This document shows positions 16,996 through 25,432 of a stretch of DNA of 43,334 nucleotides, piece by piece (positions within the stretch are counted from its first letter, which is position 1; each line of letters starts with the position of its first letter). The stretch is from a virus. Taxonomy: Duplodnaviria; Caudoviricetes. The notes beneath the pieces are model-generated. The model worked only from the letters and a program-made list of their open reading frames with translations. It ran no database searches and was not told the DNA's origin. Location: the IMG/VR virus record IMGVR_UViG_3300027808_000052, positions 1 through 43,334 of that record, one strand, 5' to 3'. A program made the position numbers and the translations under genes.

Positions 16996-18918
16996 ATGGC
17001 ACAACTACCAAAAGGTGGGTTGAACGCAGTGGCTCCTGAAGCACGCGTGCCTCAACCTCCTCCCCAACAAGGTCAGCCGCCTAATCCTGCACAGGCCGCA
17101 CAACGCATCTCTGGCTTAGAGCAAGAAGTTCCTGCTGAAGAAGATTTTGAATTAAGAGTTGCACGCAATTTGCGTGAGCAACAACGGGCTTTAAATTCTC
17201 AAATGGATTTATTGAGGAAGACTGCTGAAAAACGCATGAATCCCGCATTTGATCCTGCGTTAATGGCGGCGGCGGCTGGGTTTGCCAAGCCAACTAAAAC
17301 GGGTGGATTTGGGGAGTCTCTTGGCTACGCAATGGAAAATTATGCGGCAGAGTCAGAGAAAGAATTAGCACGCAAGCAAGCAAACGACAAAGCCATGTTG
17401 GAAAGACTCCAGCAACAACAAAAGATGCAGAATCAAAGTTTGTTGTTTGAGAGCGACTTGCGCAGGGCTGGCTATAACCCTGAAGAAATTACAACGCTAT
17501 CAAGTGGCCCTGCTGGTGGTTCTCCTGCTAGTGGTTCTTCTGCTGAAGGCTCCGCCCCTGCTGGCGGCGCACAGCGTCAGCGGCGACCTCTTACTCAGCG
17601 GGACGTTGATATGGCCTTTGCGCTTGGCGACCCTGACAGAGCCAAGCAATTGATGGAACAGTTGAAGTTGGAGCAAGACAGATATTTAAGCACGGCACAA
17701 GGTCTTGTTGACAAAAGAACTGGCAAAGTAGTTGATACTGGCGTTGAGTCAACAATTAGAACATCCCTTCCTTTTGTTGGTGTGGAAGATGTTACAACCA
17801 AGCAGTTGGCGCAAATTAGGGCGCTGGATGAGAAATTTCCTGCGGCTGAAGGCGACCGTCCCGCGCACCCACAGCGTGTTGACCAATTTGTCCGCTACTA
17901 TTACGCCAACGGTATTGGTGGCGTCACTGCCCCAAGTGGCTCATCCGCTCCTTCTGCGGGGGGAAGTCCTGCTGGCGCTCCTGCGGCAGGTGGTTCCTCT
18001 GGCGCTCCTGCTGGTACTCCTTCTGCCGCTCCTTTTGCTGGAGGATTTTCATCCCCAAGCGGAGGCGGCATGAAAACCTCTGCCCAACGGGAATCTGAGC
18101 GGAGAATGCTAGAAGAGGCAGAGAGAGCAAGACTTGCAATAATACAAGCGTCTGAAATTGAAGCCGCTAAAAAACAAATTGATACTTATCAAAAGTTAAA
18201 AGACAAAATTTATTCAGATGTTGACAATGCAAGGCCAATGATTAACAACGCAGGCTTTGTATATAAATTTGCAACCGACCCCAAAACTCAAGGCGCATTT
18301 GGCGTTCTTTCTCAAGGCGATGTTGGTGGTGCAATTGGTACGCTTGTAGCCGAAGGACTTAGCACCCCCGGCGGAAGTATTAAAATTGCAGGGTTAGAAA
18401 ATGCCGTGCGATTGATAAAAGGTACGCCAACAGAAATAGCCGCCGCTCAACAACTTGCAAGCAATTATGCGGAACTTGAACTTGCATATCGAAACAAATA
18501 CTTTACAGGAACGGGTGGCGGAGCCATTTCAGACAAAGAACAAGCGGTCGTGCAAAGAATTGGCGGCAATTTGTCTGACACGGCACAAGTTGCGGCGGCT
18601 AAAGCCGAAATTATTCTAGCAAGAGCAAGATTTGATCAAGCACTGGGTAATAAATTTTATGAGTGGGAGGCGCAAAATCCTAAATCATCAATACAAGTAT
18701 TTAAACGATCAGAAGGATACAAAAAACTTGCTGATGATTACGATTTGCACATGGATAAGTTGTTTAACAAATACTACGGCGGTACTGCACCTGCTGGAAA
18801 TGCTCCTGCCGCGCCTTCAGCATCACCTGCGGCCCCGAAGCCACAAGCCCAACCACCTGCAAACGAAACTTTGTTGGAAAAGTTTAAAAGAGAAAAAGCC
18901 GCACGGGGGAATCCATAA
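16996..18918 (+). CDS. Probable ejection protein (640 aa)
   Basis: LMAAAAGF.KPTKTGGFGESLG motif, coiled coils, P/A/G linkers and a GAISDKE motif; located in the ejection block. Confidence 0.6.
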   Translation: MAQLPKGGLNAVAPEARVPQPPPQQGQPPNPAQAAQRISGLEQEVPAEEDFELRVARNLREQQRALNSQMDLLRKTAEKRMNPAFDPALMAAAAGFAKPTKTGGFGESLGYAMENYAAESEKELARKQANDKAMLERLQQQQKMQNQSLLFESDLRRAGYNPEEITTLSSGPAGGSPASGSSAEGSAPAGGAQRQRRPLTQRDVDMAFALGDPDRAKQLMEQLKLEQDRYLSTAQGLVDKRTGKVVDTGVESTIRTSLPFVGVEDVTTKQLAQIRALDEKFPAAEGDRPAHPQRVDQFVRYYYANGIGGVTAPSGSSAPSAGGSPAGAPAAGGSSGAPAGTPSAAPFAGGFSSPSGGGMKTSAQRESERRMLEEAERARLAIIQASEIEAAKKQIDTYQKLKDKIYSDVDNARPMINNAGFVYKFATDPKTQGAFGVLSQGDVGGAIGTLVAEGLSTPGGSIKIAGLENAVRLIKGTPTEIAAAQQLASNYAELELAYRNKYFTGTGGGAISDKEQAVVQRIGGNLSDTAQVAAAKAEIILARARFDQALGNKFYEWEAQNPKSSIQVFKRSEGYKKLADDYDLHMDKLFNKYYGGTAPAGNAPAAPSASPAAPKPQAQPPANETLLEKFKREKAARGNP

Positions 18919-20615
18919 TGGACTTCAGCAAACTTTCACCAGAGCAGATGAAGATTGCCGATATGGTAATCAAGGCGGCTGGCGTTCATGGCGTTGATCC
19001 AAATTTGCTGTTAGCACAGGCTTTTCAAGAATCTAAGTTTTCCCACATTCCATCAGCAGACCCAAAAAGTGATGCGTTTGGGGTAATGCAAATTCGCCCA
19101 AGCACTGCGGAGCAAAACAAACTGGGCGACATCAATGATTTGGAAACCAACATCAATGGTGGCGCAAGGCTGATGAAGCAATACCTTGACAAGTACAAGT
19201 CGCCAGAAGCGGCTTTGCTTGCATACCACCAAGGGCCGGGAGTCGCTGACTCTTATATAAAAAACAACGACCTTAAATCTGTTGGCCCCAAAGGCTTGGA
19301 CTACGTCATCAAAATTGGTGAGAACGGAGGGTTTGGGCAGACAAATGAGCCTCAAAATGCAGAAGCCCCGAACACATTTGGTGAAGTACAACCATTGCCC
19401 CCGCCCGCTCCGCCAGCAATAGACAAACGTCCCAACCTCAAGGATATGCCTGACTGGTATAAAAACTTGAGTCCGAAGATTCGCAACCGTGAAGGTGACA
19501 TCAGTGTGGGAACCGTGGGAGCCGCCGGGGCTGGTCTGGGCGTTGGGGCTTCTCTCTTTGGGAACAAGGGTTTGGCGGCAATGGAGAAGGGCGTTTTTGA
19601 CGCCAAGGCCGCATACCAAGCCGCACAGGCGGCGGCACAAGGAGCGGTAGGTGCCTCTGCTGACACAGCCCAAAAATTGGGCGCAGAGGTTCAAAGACTT
19701 GAGGCAGAGTACCGTGCTTCGTTGGCTGGCTATCAGGCGCTTGAGCGTGAGTTGGCAGAAGCAATGGCTGAGTCCAAACGCTACTTGCCGCCAGAGACTG
19801 ACGCTCGTGGCAAGGTGGCTGGAGAGTCTGGCACCAAAACTTATGCCCGCGTGATGCCGGGTCAAGTTCCCCCAGAGGCAATGCTTGCTGAAATTGAAGA
19901 CCAGACACGGGGCAAGAATCCTCGCGGTAAAGGGGCGTGGGACATTGCCGACAAAAACGCCGCCAACATTGAAAAGCAAAAGCGTTTAGGCATGGGCGGC
20001 TTTAAAATGACTGGCACTGGCGCAGATCAACTTATTTTGGGGCCAGAGGGAACCGCTCTTCGCCAAGCGCAAATGGATGCCGCTGGTCAAAGGGCAAAGC
20101 AGTTGTCTCCGCTTGCGCAAGCCGCACAAGGTGAGGCAGAGGCGGCTAGACTAGCAAGTGAAACGGCAGACAGGGTTAGACAACGAGAAGTCGCCTCCGC
20201 CCAAAAAGCGGCGCGAGAGGCTCAGACTGCGGAGCAAGTCGCCAAGACTGGTATTCAAGCGGCAACTAAGGCGGCTCCAAGTGGCCTTGGTAAAGTTGGT
20301 GCGCTTGCGCAAAAGATACCCGGCACCAATGCTATTGCTGGTTTGGGAATGGGTATGAGCGCCGCAGAGGCATTAAACCGATACGAAAAGGGTGACACCT
20401 CTGGCGCTGTTCTATCAAGCGTACAGGTCATTTTGGACGGTATGGCTATGCTACCCCCCGGCACTCCCGTTACGGCGTTCCTGAAGGGAATTGGCGTGGT
20501 TGGTGGGCTTGCCACTACGGCTTACGATATTTACCGAACTCAACAAATGGACGCCGCCGAAAAGGCAAAAAACCCACCACAAAAGGCCCGTGGCGGGTTA
20601 ACATTGATGCGGTAG
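18918..20615 (+). CDS. Virion protein with N-terminal lytic transglycosylase (SLT) domain
   Basis: GVDP.LL.A....ES.F (catalytic Glu), A.GVMQI.P.TA, NI.GGAR...YLDKY and ALLAYHQGPG motifs. Confidence 0.85.
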   Translation: MDFSKLSPEQMKIADMVIKAAGVHGVDPNLLLAQAFQESKFSHIPSADPKSDAFGVMQIRPSTAEQNKLGDINDLETNINGGARLMKQYLDKYKSPEAALLAYHQGPGVADSYIKNNDLKSVGPKGLDYVIKIGENGGFGQTNEPQNAEAPNTFGEVQPLPPPAPPAIDKRPNLKDMPDWYKNLSPKIRNREGDISVGTVGAAGAGLGVGASLFGNKGLAAMEKGVFDAKAAYQAAQAAAQGAVGASADTAQKLGAEVQRLEAEYRASLAGYQALERELAEAMAESKRYLPPETDARGKVAGESGTKTYARVMPGQVPPEAMLAEIEDQTRGKNPRGKGAWDIADKNAANIEKQKRLGMGGFKMTGTGADQLILGPEGTALRQAQMDAAGQRAKQLSPLAQAAQGEAEAARLASETADRVRQREVASAQKAAREAQTAEQVAKTGIQAATKAAPSGLGKVGALAQKIPGTNAIAGLGMGMSAAEALNRYEKGDTSGAVLSSVQVILDGMAMLPPGTPVTAFLKGIGVVGGLATTAYDIYRTQQMDAAEKAKNPPQKARGGLTLMR

Positions 20616-20640
20616 TTGCAGTTGCCACTCTCCTACCCTT

Positions 20641-20666
20641 GGCCCCCGTAACTGGGGGCTTTTTTT
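20641..20666 (+). terminator. Rho-independent terminator of the late operon
   Basis: GGCCCCC-GTAACT-GGGGGCT stem-loop followed by a T run, at the junction of convergent operons. Confidence 0.85.
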
Positions 20667-21093
20667 ATGTCTCAAGAAAATTTTGTTGGCCGATCTTGAA
20701 CGCACCGCTGTTGATGCGGTACTGTAGATTGCTCTGGTGATCTATCGTGTACATCACAAGCCACGACAGAACTTCGGACTTTAGGGTCTCGCCGCATTCC
20801 GAGACATCCCAATATTTGATGCCCTCAACATCGCGCTCGGTGACGATGGCACCAGACTTGTCTGGCCGCATCCACATGGGAAGCGTGTTCTCTCTCAGCC
20901 ACACGCACTTGTAGGACTTGCAGGGTTCCTCTGGGCGCGTCTCGTAGATACTGCAACCGTTCTGCAAGAAGTGGCAGGGCCGACCCGGCTGGAACTCATG
21001 GCCGTGGGCCTCCCCACTTAACCACCCCTCACAGCAGGCCGTGCATTCCCCACAGGCACGCTCTGGGAGTATTGGTATGACCTTGTCGGTCAT
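20665..21093 (-). CDS. CxxCxxCC cysteine-cluster protein (YkgJ-like, Zn or Fe-S binding)
   Basis: CGECTACC...C.FL..GCSIYETRP..C..YKC motif. Confidence 0.8.
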   Translation of the reverse strand: MTDKVIPILPERACGECTACCEGWLSGEAHGHEFQPGRPCHFLQNGCSIYETRPEEPCKSYKCVWLRENTLPMWMRPDKSGAIVTERDVEGIKYWDVSECGETLKSEVLSWLVMYTIDHQSNLQYRINSGAFKIGQQNFLET

Positions 21094-21203
21094 GCGCTAC
21101 CCCCAGTGTGGAACATCAAGAGTTGAGTCTGCATAAACTGTTCACGAGCCGCCTCAATGCCATCCTCATAGCCTTGGTCGTACCCGTCCATCCAACCAAT
21201 CAT
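21090..21203 (-). CDS. Small hypothetical protein (37 aa, MIGWMDGYDQGYEDG...)
   Basis: ATGA overlaps on both sides place the start at 21203. Confidence 0.55.
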   Translation of the reverse strand: MIGWMDGYDQGYEDGIEAAREQFMQTQLLMFHTGGSA

Positions 21204-21427
21204 TGACTCTTCGGTCGCTGGGTACTCAGGGCATTGCCCACTTCGGGGTTCATGTCGTTTACGATCTTCACGCATCGTTGATGCTCCTTGGCGGCAATGA
21301 TAGGCTCAACAAACGCCGCAATTTTATTGGCAAACTGAACGATATCAAGATCGTCAGCATAGATTGCGTCAGGTCGTTTTTCATCGCAATAAAAATAAAT
21401 TTGTTTGATTGTTTCTTCACTCAGCAT
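21200..21427 (-). CDS. Hypothetical protein (MLSEETIKQIYFYCDE...)
   Basis: Tightly packed within the leftward operon; start moved to the ATG at 21427. Confidence 0.6.
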   Translation of the reverse strand: MLSEETIKQIYFYCDEKRPDAIYADDLDIVQFANKIAAFVEPIIAAKEHQRCVKIVNDMNPEVGNALSTQRPKSQ

Positions 21428-21635
21428 TTTTGTTCTTCCAAAATTCCCAGTTGATGATAGTGGTTCTTGCAATTGTTCGTTGGGCTATCGCCCTGTAGGG
21501 GTTGATCTCGTTGTCGAGAAACTCTTCAACAATCATGTTTTTACTGAGGAACACTTCGTGGCGCTCGGCCTTTTCTTTGTTCTCCCACAACGAGCCATCG
21601 CTGGCCTTAAATACTTCTACTTTTTGCATGGTCAT
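21417..21635 (-). CDS. Hypothetical protein (72 aa)
   Basis: ATGA-coupled to the nuclease gene; V.VFKASDG.LW N-terminus. Confidence 0.6.
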   Translation of the reverse strand: MTMQKVEVFKASDGSLWENKEKAERHEVFLSKNMIVEEFLDNEINPYRAIAQRTIARTTIINWEFWKNKNAE

Positions 21636-22393
21636 TTGTGGTCATTCTTTAGTTGCCAGAATGCCAGAAGGTGCATGAACATCTCCCAACCCGTGGCGAG
21701 GTCTTCAAGGGGCCACTCCTTGACCACCACGAGACCCGGGACATTGCGGGACACAAACACATTGGCACACCGTGCGTTAGGGATGCCAAGTCCCACACGG
21801 TACGCGGCCAACTGCATCAAGTTCTCGTCGTATCCCCCAACCTTATCTGGGTCGGTGAACTCTTTGGTTTTGATGTCAGCCACAAAGCCGCCGTCAGTTT
21901 CACAATAGAGGTCGCATTTGCCCCCAAAGCCCGCCTCGTGCGCAAAGGCTCGTTCGCTGATCCATGTGCGCAGGCCAACCCAATTGTCAATTGCGTTAGT
22001 GCAAGCGGCAACCATTTCGGCGTGCTTGCCTGTTGTCTTTCCTTCATAGTATCCCTGTATCGATGCATGGATGTCTGTTCCAGCATCCGCCGCAGAACGA
22101 CCCTGTTCTTTGGAATCGTTGATGATTCGGTCGATGTATTCCTTTTCAGGTTCGTCTGAGCGGCGTGGAAGCGTGAGCGCCGCATACAGCACCTGCTGTT
22201 GCATCCAAGCAAGCAGGGCTGGTTTTGCGGCGATGTTGAGGACTGTCGTGACACTTGGCACCAAGTTCATCGTGCGGGCGTCGCGCAGGGTGGTGTTGCG
22301 CATCCCGCCTTTCTTTGCTTCTACGGTGTACTGAGGCACCCCGTCACGGGTGTACCAGTGATTTGACTCAGATGCTCGTGGTACTTGTAGCAT
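21632..22393 (-). CDS. PD-(D/E)XK exonuclease (phage recombination type)
   Basis: PSVTTVL, GT.IH, E...GFGGKCDL...DIKT and QLAAY motifs. Confidence 0.8.
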   Translation of the reverse strand: MLQVPRASESNHWYTRDGVPQYTVEAKKGGMRNTTLRDARTMNLVPSVTTVLNIAAKPALLAWMQQQVLYAALTLPRRSDEPEKEYIDRIINDSKEQGRSAADAGTDIHASIQGYYEGKTTGKHAEMVAACTNAIDNWVGLRTWISERAFAHEAGFGGKCDLYCETDGGFVADIKTKEFTDPDKVGGYDENLMQLAAYRVGLGIPNARCANVFVSRNVPGLVVVKEWPLEDLATGWEMFMHLLAFWQLKNDHK

Positions 22394-22405
22394 TTTGTTC
22401 TTTCA

Positions 22406-22732
22406 TTAAATTGCCTTCACAATGCGTTGAAGTTTTTTTGATCGACCTGCTCTTTTTTCTCCTGTGTCAATTACAAACCCTTTAAGAATAAGTGGCTTGA
22501 AGCGCGGTTGAATGCTGTGTTCGCGAATGTGAGGCAGGGCGGCAATAACATCATCTTGAATGCACCCGTCGGGGAACTTTTTAATGGCCTCGTAGACTAT
22601 CCCTTCCAGCCTTGTCGTGTCCACTTTTTCCCCAGCCGCATGACTGGTACTTGCGTCCTTGTTCCTGCTTTTGGCCGGGGAGCCAAACAACAAAGACAGT
22701 GACCTCTTTTCGTTAAACAGATCGTCCTGCAT
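22406..22732 (-). CDS. Putative winged-helix DNA-binding protein
   Basis: SR.KD.STSH.A N-terminal motif then HTH and wing (PRF..L...G.V.DTGEKR); GGAGGG RBS before the ATG at 22732. Confidence 0.6.
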   Translation of the reverse strand: MQDDLFNEKRSLSLLFGSPAKSRNKDASTSHAAGEKVDTTRLEGIVYEAIKKFPDGCIQDDVIAALPHIREHSIQPRFKPLILKGFVIDTGEKRAGRSKKLQRIVKAI

Positions 22733-22943
22733 CGCAAGCCCTCCATTCGCGCTCATGTCTGCGGGAGTCGGATAAGACTGTGCGCCCCGTCTGCTCCACA
22801 AGACCAGATCGCTCAAGCACGGGTAAGGCGCGTGAGCATTGATTGACCAGCAGACCCGTTTTACGCGCTATGCCATCTTTCCCAAGAGAGCCGTAGTCAC
22901 GCAAGCATTGAACAATAGTTTCGTGGTGAGATGTTTCTTTCAT
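22713..22943 (-). CDS. Putative winged-helix DNA-binding protein (76 aa)
   Basis: I...L...G.L....IARKTGL...Q.SR.L..LER.GLV..TG pattern; GAGGTG RBS before the ATG at 22943. Confidence 0.65.
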   Translation of the reverse strand: MKETSHHETIVQCLRDYGSLGKDGIARKTGLLVNQCSRALPVLERSGLVEQTGRTVLSDSRRHEREWRACDAGRSV

Positions 22944-22950
22944 GGTCACC

Positions 22951-23607
22951 TCAAAAAGGAATGTCCGAATCCATGTCGTCAAAACCACTGTTCGCAGGAT
23001 TGTTTTGTTCTTGCGCGTACCGTTCACCCTTACGGGCTTGCCACTCAGGTGACTTTGCAATCTTGGCTTGCAAGTTGTCGCTGAAGGTCTCAAACAAATC
23101 CATGTCAGGCTTCTCAATGTAGAACCCGGCGCATTTGTTGTGGCCTTCGGGTAGGTTGGCTTTCATCGCCTTGGGCACTGAGTTGATATTTGCAATGTTG
23201 GTGTAATCTTTCCCGTCTTTGCCCATTGCTTTTGTGACGGCAATCATTGCCCACTTACCCAATACGTTTTCAAGTTGGAAGCCATTACGCTCCTCTTCGG
23301 TAAATGGCCTGCCGCGCCAAGTCTCCAAGTCCTTTCGCAGTGTGGCCTTCTCGGCCAATGACAGCGTGAAGTTCTTGCTGATTGACATCGGTTCATTTTT
23401 TGCAGTGACCAATGGTTGGCCTGCGTCGTCTTCTCCATGAACCTCAAATTGCAACATGAATTTCTTCAAGTTCTTGACCTGACCTTGGTACTCGCTTTTC
23501 TGAGTTCCAAGGTCAACGATGCGGTAGCATCTTGCAAGGTACATCCCCGGCGGCACCGGGGTGAAAGTTCCTCCGCCGCCGCTTTCTCTCGCTATTAGTC
23601 CCACCAT
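22951..23607 (-). CDS. Phage single-stranded DNA-binding protein-like
   Basis: F.PVP.G.Y.ARC...VDLGTQ OB-type N-terminus and an acidic DDMDSDIPF tail; in an operon with the exonuclease. Confidence 0.7.
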   Translation of the reverse strand: MVGLIARESGGGGTFTPVPPGMYLARCYRIVDLGTQKSEYQGQVKNLKKFMLQFEVHGEDDAGQPLVTAKNEPMSISKNFTLSLAEKATLRKDLETWRGRPFTEEERNGFQLENVLGKWAMIAVTKAMGKDGKDYTNIANINSVPKAMKANLPEGHNKCAGFYIEKPDMDLFETFSDNLQAKIAKSPEWQARKGERYAQEQNNPANSGFDDMDSDIPF

Positions 23608-23783
23608 GATTCGCTCCTAATTGATACGGTTTTAAAAATTACCACAGGCTTTCTGGGCACCCCGCACTCAAAACGGATGATGTCCCAGTCGTCCCACTTT
23701 GCAACGCCTGCCTCGGCCCGTTCAAGGGCTTCCTCAAGCATCTGTTGCCTCTCTTTCATCGCTTGTTCCTCTTCGCTGTACAT
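23595..23783 (-). CDS. Hypothetical protein (62 aa), first gene of the leftward operon
   Basis: AAGGAG RBS before the ATG at 23783. Confidence 0.6.
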   Translation of the reverse strand: MYSEEEQAMKERQQMLEEALERAEAGVAKWDDWDIIRFECGVPRKPVVIFKTVSIRSESWWD

Positions 23784-23807
23784 ACGTTCTCCTTCGCTGT
23801 TGCTCGT

Positions 23808-23835
23808 ATCATACACACTTTAACTTATTTTGCAA
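23808..23835 (-). promoter_or_regulatory. Leftward sigma70-like promoter
   Basis: TTGCAA-16 nt-TATGAT on the - strand. Confidence 0.65.
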
Positions 23836-23841
23836 CCCCCC

Positions 23842-23869
23842 TTGCAGAAATGATTTTATGGTGTATGAT
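23842..23869 (+). promoter_or_regulatory. Rightward sigma70-like promoter
   Basis: TTGCAG-16 nt-TATGAT upstream of the Cro-like gene. Confidence 0.65.
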
Positions 23870-23896
23870 CAACTTTCACCAACCACTGGAGTCGAT

Positions 23897-24106
23897 ATGA
23901 CCTTAGAAGAATTTTTTGAAGACAAGCCGCGAGGATCGAAGATTGCTTTGGCTCGACATCTACGCATCACAAAGCAGTGGATGGCGGCAATCATCACAGG
24001 GCGCGGTCTGGCAAGCGCAGAGGTTTGCGCCGCGATTGAGAGGTACACACGGGGTAGGGTGTTGCGTGCAACCCTGCGGCCTGATCTTTTTGGAGAACTC
24101 AAGTGA
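23897..24106 (+). CDS. Cro/YdaS-like HTH regulator (69 aa)
   Basis: ALARHL.IT..W.....G...S...C.AIE..T.G.V....LRPDLF signature; GGAG RBS. Confidence 0.8.
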   Translation: MTLEEFFEDKPRGSKIALARHLRITKQWMAAIITGRGLASAEVCAAIERYTRGRVLRATLRPDLFGELK

Positions 24107-24768
24107 TCTGGTACAAATTTTATTTGGGCGACTACATCACGCATACCAACCACCTGTCGGATGCCGAGGACTTGGCCTACCGCAGACTGTTGGATTTGTA
24201 CTACATCAGCGAGAAGCCAATCCCACTCGAAACCGAATCGGTTGCACGCAAGATACGGCTAGATTTAGACATAACCGAATCGGTTTTGAGGGAGTTCTTT
24301 GACAAGGGTGTTGACGGCTATCGAAACAGTCGTTGTGACATCGAAATTGGGAAGTACCAGCATCAAGTTGAGACCAATCGACAGTTGGGTCTCAGAGGAG
24401 GAAGACCCAAGAAAACCGAATCGATAACCGAAACGAAACCGAAAGTTAACCCTAATCAGATACAGAAACAGAAAGAGAAAGACATAAATACCCTTTCGTC
24501 GGTTGCACCGACAACATCGCAATTTGAAGAATTTTGGAACAACTGGCCTGCATCAAAACGGAAAGTCGGTAAAACGGCCTGTAAGGCGAAATGGGAGCGT
24601 CAAGCACTAGACCCCTTGGCAAAGAAAATAAACGCAGTGGTGACCCGTTTAAAGGCTTCTGAGCAGTGGATTTCGGGGTTTGAGCCTGCCCCACTTACGT
24701 TCATCAACCAAAAGCGGTGGGAAGATGACTTAGGAACCGATTCGGTTTTGTCAAGGAGGGTAATATGA
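24103..24768 (+). CDS. YdaU/DUF1376-type replication initiator
   Basis: WYKF..GDY...T.HLS..EDLAYRRLLD.YY..E.P, GGRPKK linker and C-terminal F.EFW..WP...K.GK...P.TF.NQ.RWED; internal iteron-like repeats. Confidence 0.8.
   Translation: MIWYKFYLGDYITHTNHLSDAEDLAYRRLLDLYYISEKPIPLETESVARKIRLDLDITESVLREFFDKGVDGYRNSRCDIEIGKYQHQVETNRQLGLRGGRPKKTESITETKPKVNPNQIQKQKEKDINTLSSVAPTTSQFEEFWNNWPASKRKVGKTACKAKWERQALDPLAKKINAVVTRLKASEQWISGFEPAPLTFINQKRWEDDLGTDSVLSRRVI
24231..24455. repeat. Iteron-like repeats / putative origin within the initiator gene
   Basis: AACCGAATCGGTT at 24231 and 24273; AACC(GAA) units at 24414, 24426, 24437 and 24448, followed by an A-rich tract. Confidence 0.6.
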
Positions 24769-25001
24769 CTAAAGAAGAGCGTTTGGAATTATTTGCAATG
24801 CAGTCTGAGTTAATCAGCGAGCCATTCCACAAAGTTGGTAAACATAAAGAGGTTGATGAAGTTATCAAAAATCAAATTGTCCATTTTGCCAATTTGGTAA
24901 TTGCTCACGAGCGCGAACAGTTTTGCCTACAACTTCGTCAATTCCATGATTCAATTTCATTGGCAAGCGTATCTGAAATTGTTTTGAGGGGTGAAGAATG
25001 A
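24765..25001 (+). CDS. Hypothetical protein (78 aa)
   Basis: ATGA-coupled at both ends; AGGAGG upstream; FA.LV.A.ERE motif common in small phage ORFs. Confidence 0.6.
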   Translation: MTKEERLELFAMQSELISEPFHKVGKHKEVDEVIKNQIVHFANLVIAHEREQFCLQLRQFHDSISLASVSEIVLRGEE

Positions 25002-25432
25002 CCCCCGCCGAAAAGTTTGTTCAACGCCTTGGCAGGGTGAAGGGCCGTAACGGTTCATGGACTGCACAGTGCCCAGCACATGAGGACAAGTCACCATCGC
25101 TGTCAGTTCGGGAGACCGAAGATGGCCGCGTGCTGGTGCATTGTTTTGGTGGTTGCGCGGTGCATGATGTTGTTGGTGCCGTTGGCATGGACATGAACGA
25201 CTTGTTCCCACCAGACAGCAAACGCAAGGACTGGCCTGAAGCAGGTAAGCCAAGCATGAAGCCAGCGTTCTACGCCAGTGACCTCCTGCGCATTGCGTCG
25301 TTTGAATGCTTGGTGGTGATGATTGCGGCATACGACATTCGGCAAGGCAAGAAGTTAACCGAATCGGATATGAATCGGTTGCAAGTCGCTCAACAGCGAA
25401 TAGAAGAGGTGGTTCAGTATGCAAACGTCTGA
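24998..25432 (+). CDS. Stand-alone CHC2-type primase zinc-binding domain protein
   Basis: CPAHEDKSPSLS...VHCFGGC; no TOPRIM domain follows. Confidence 0.8.
   Translation: MTPAEKFVQRLGRVKGRNGSWTAQCPAHEDKSPSLSVRETEDGRVLVHCFGGCAVHDVVGAVGMDMNDLFPPDSKRKDWPEAGKPSMKPAFYASDLLRIASFECLVVMIAAYDIRQGKKLTESDMNRLQVAQQRIEEVVQYANV

Noticed and set aside
19053-19979. 308-aa antisense ORF (similarly 35907-36668, 38999-39757, 24957-25637)
   Set aside because: Each lies opposite well-supported genes and has no recognisable motifs.
21632-22393. Nuclease as a Cas4 / CRISPR component
   Set aside because: No repeat-spacer array or other cas genes, no four-Cys Fe-S pattern, and the context is an SSB/recombination operon.
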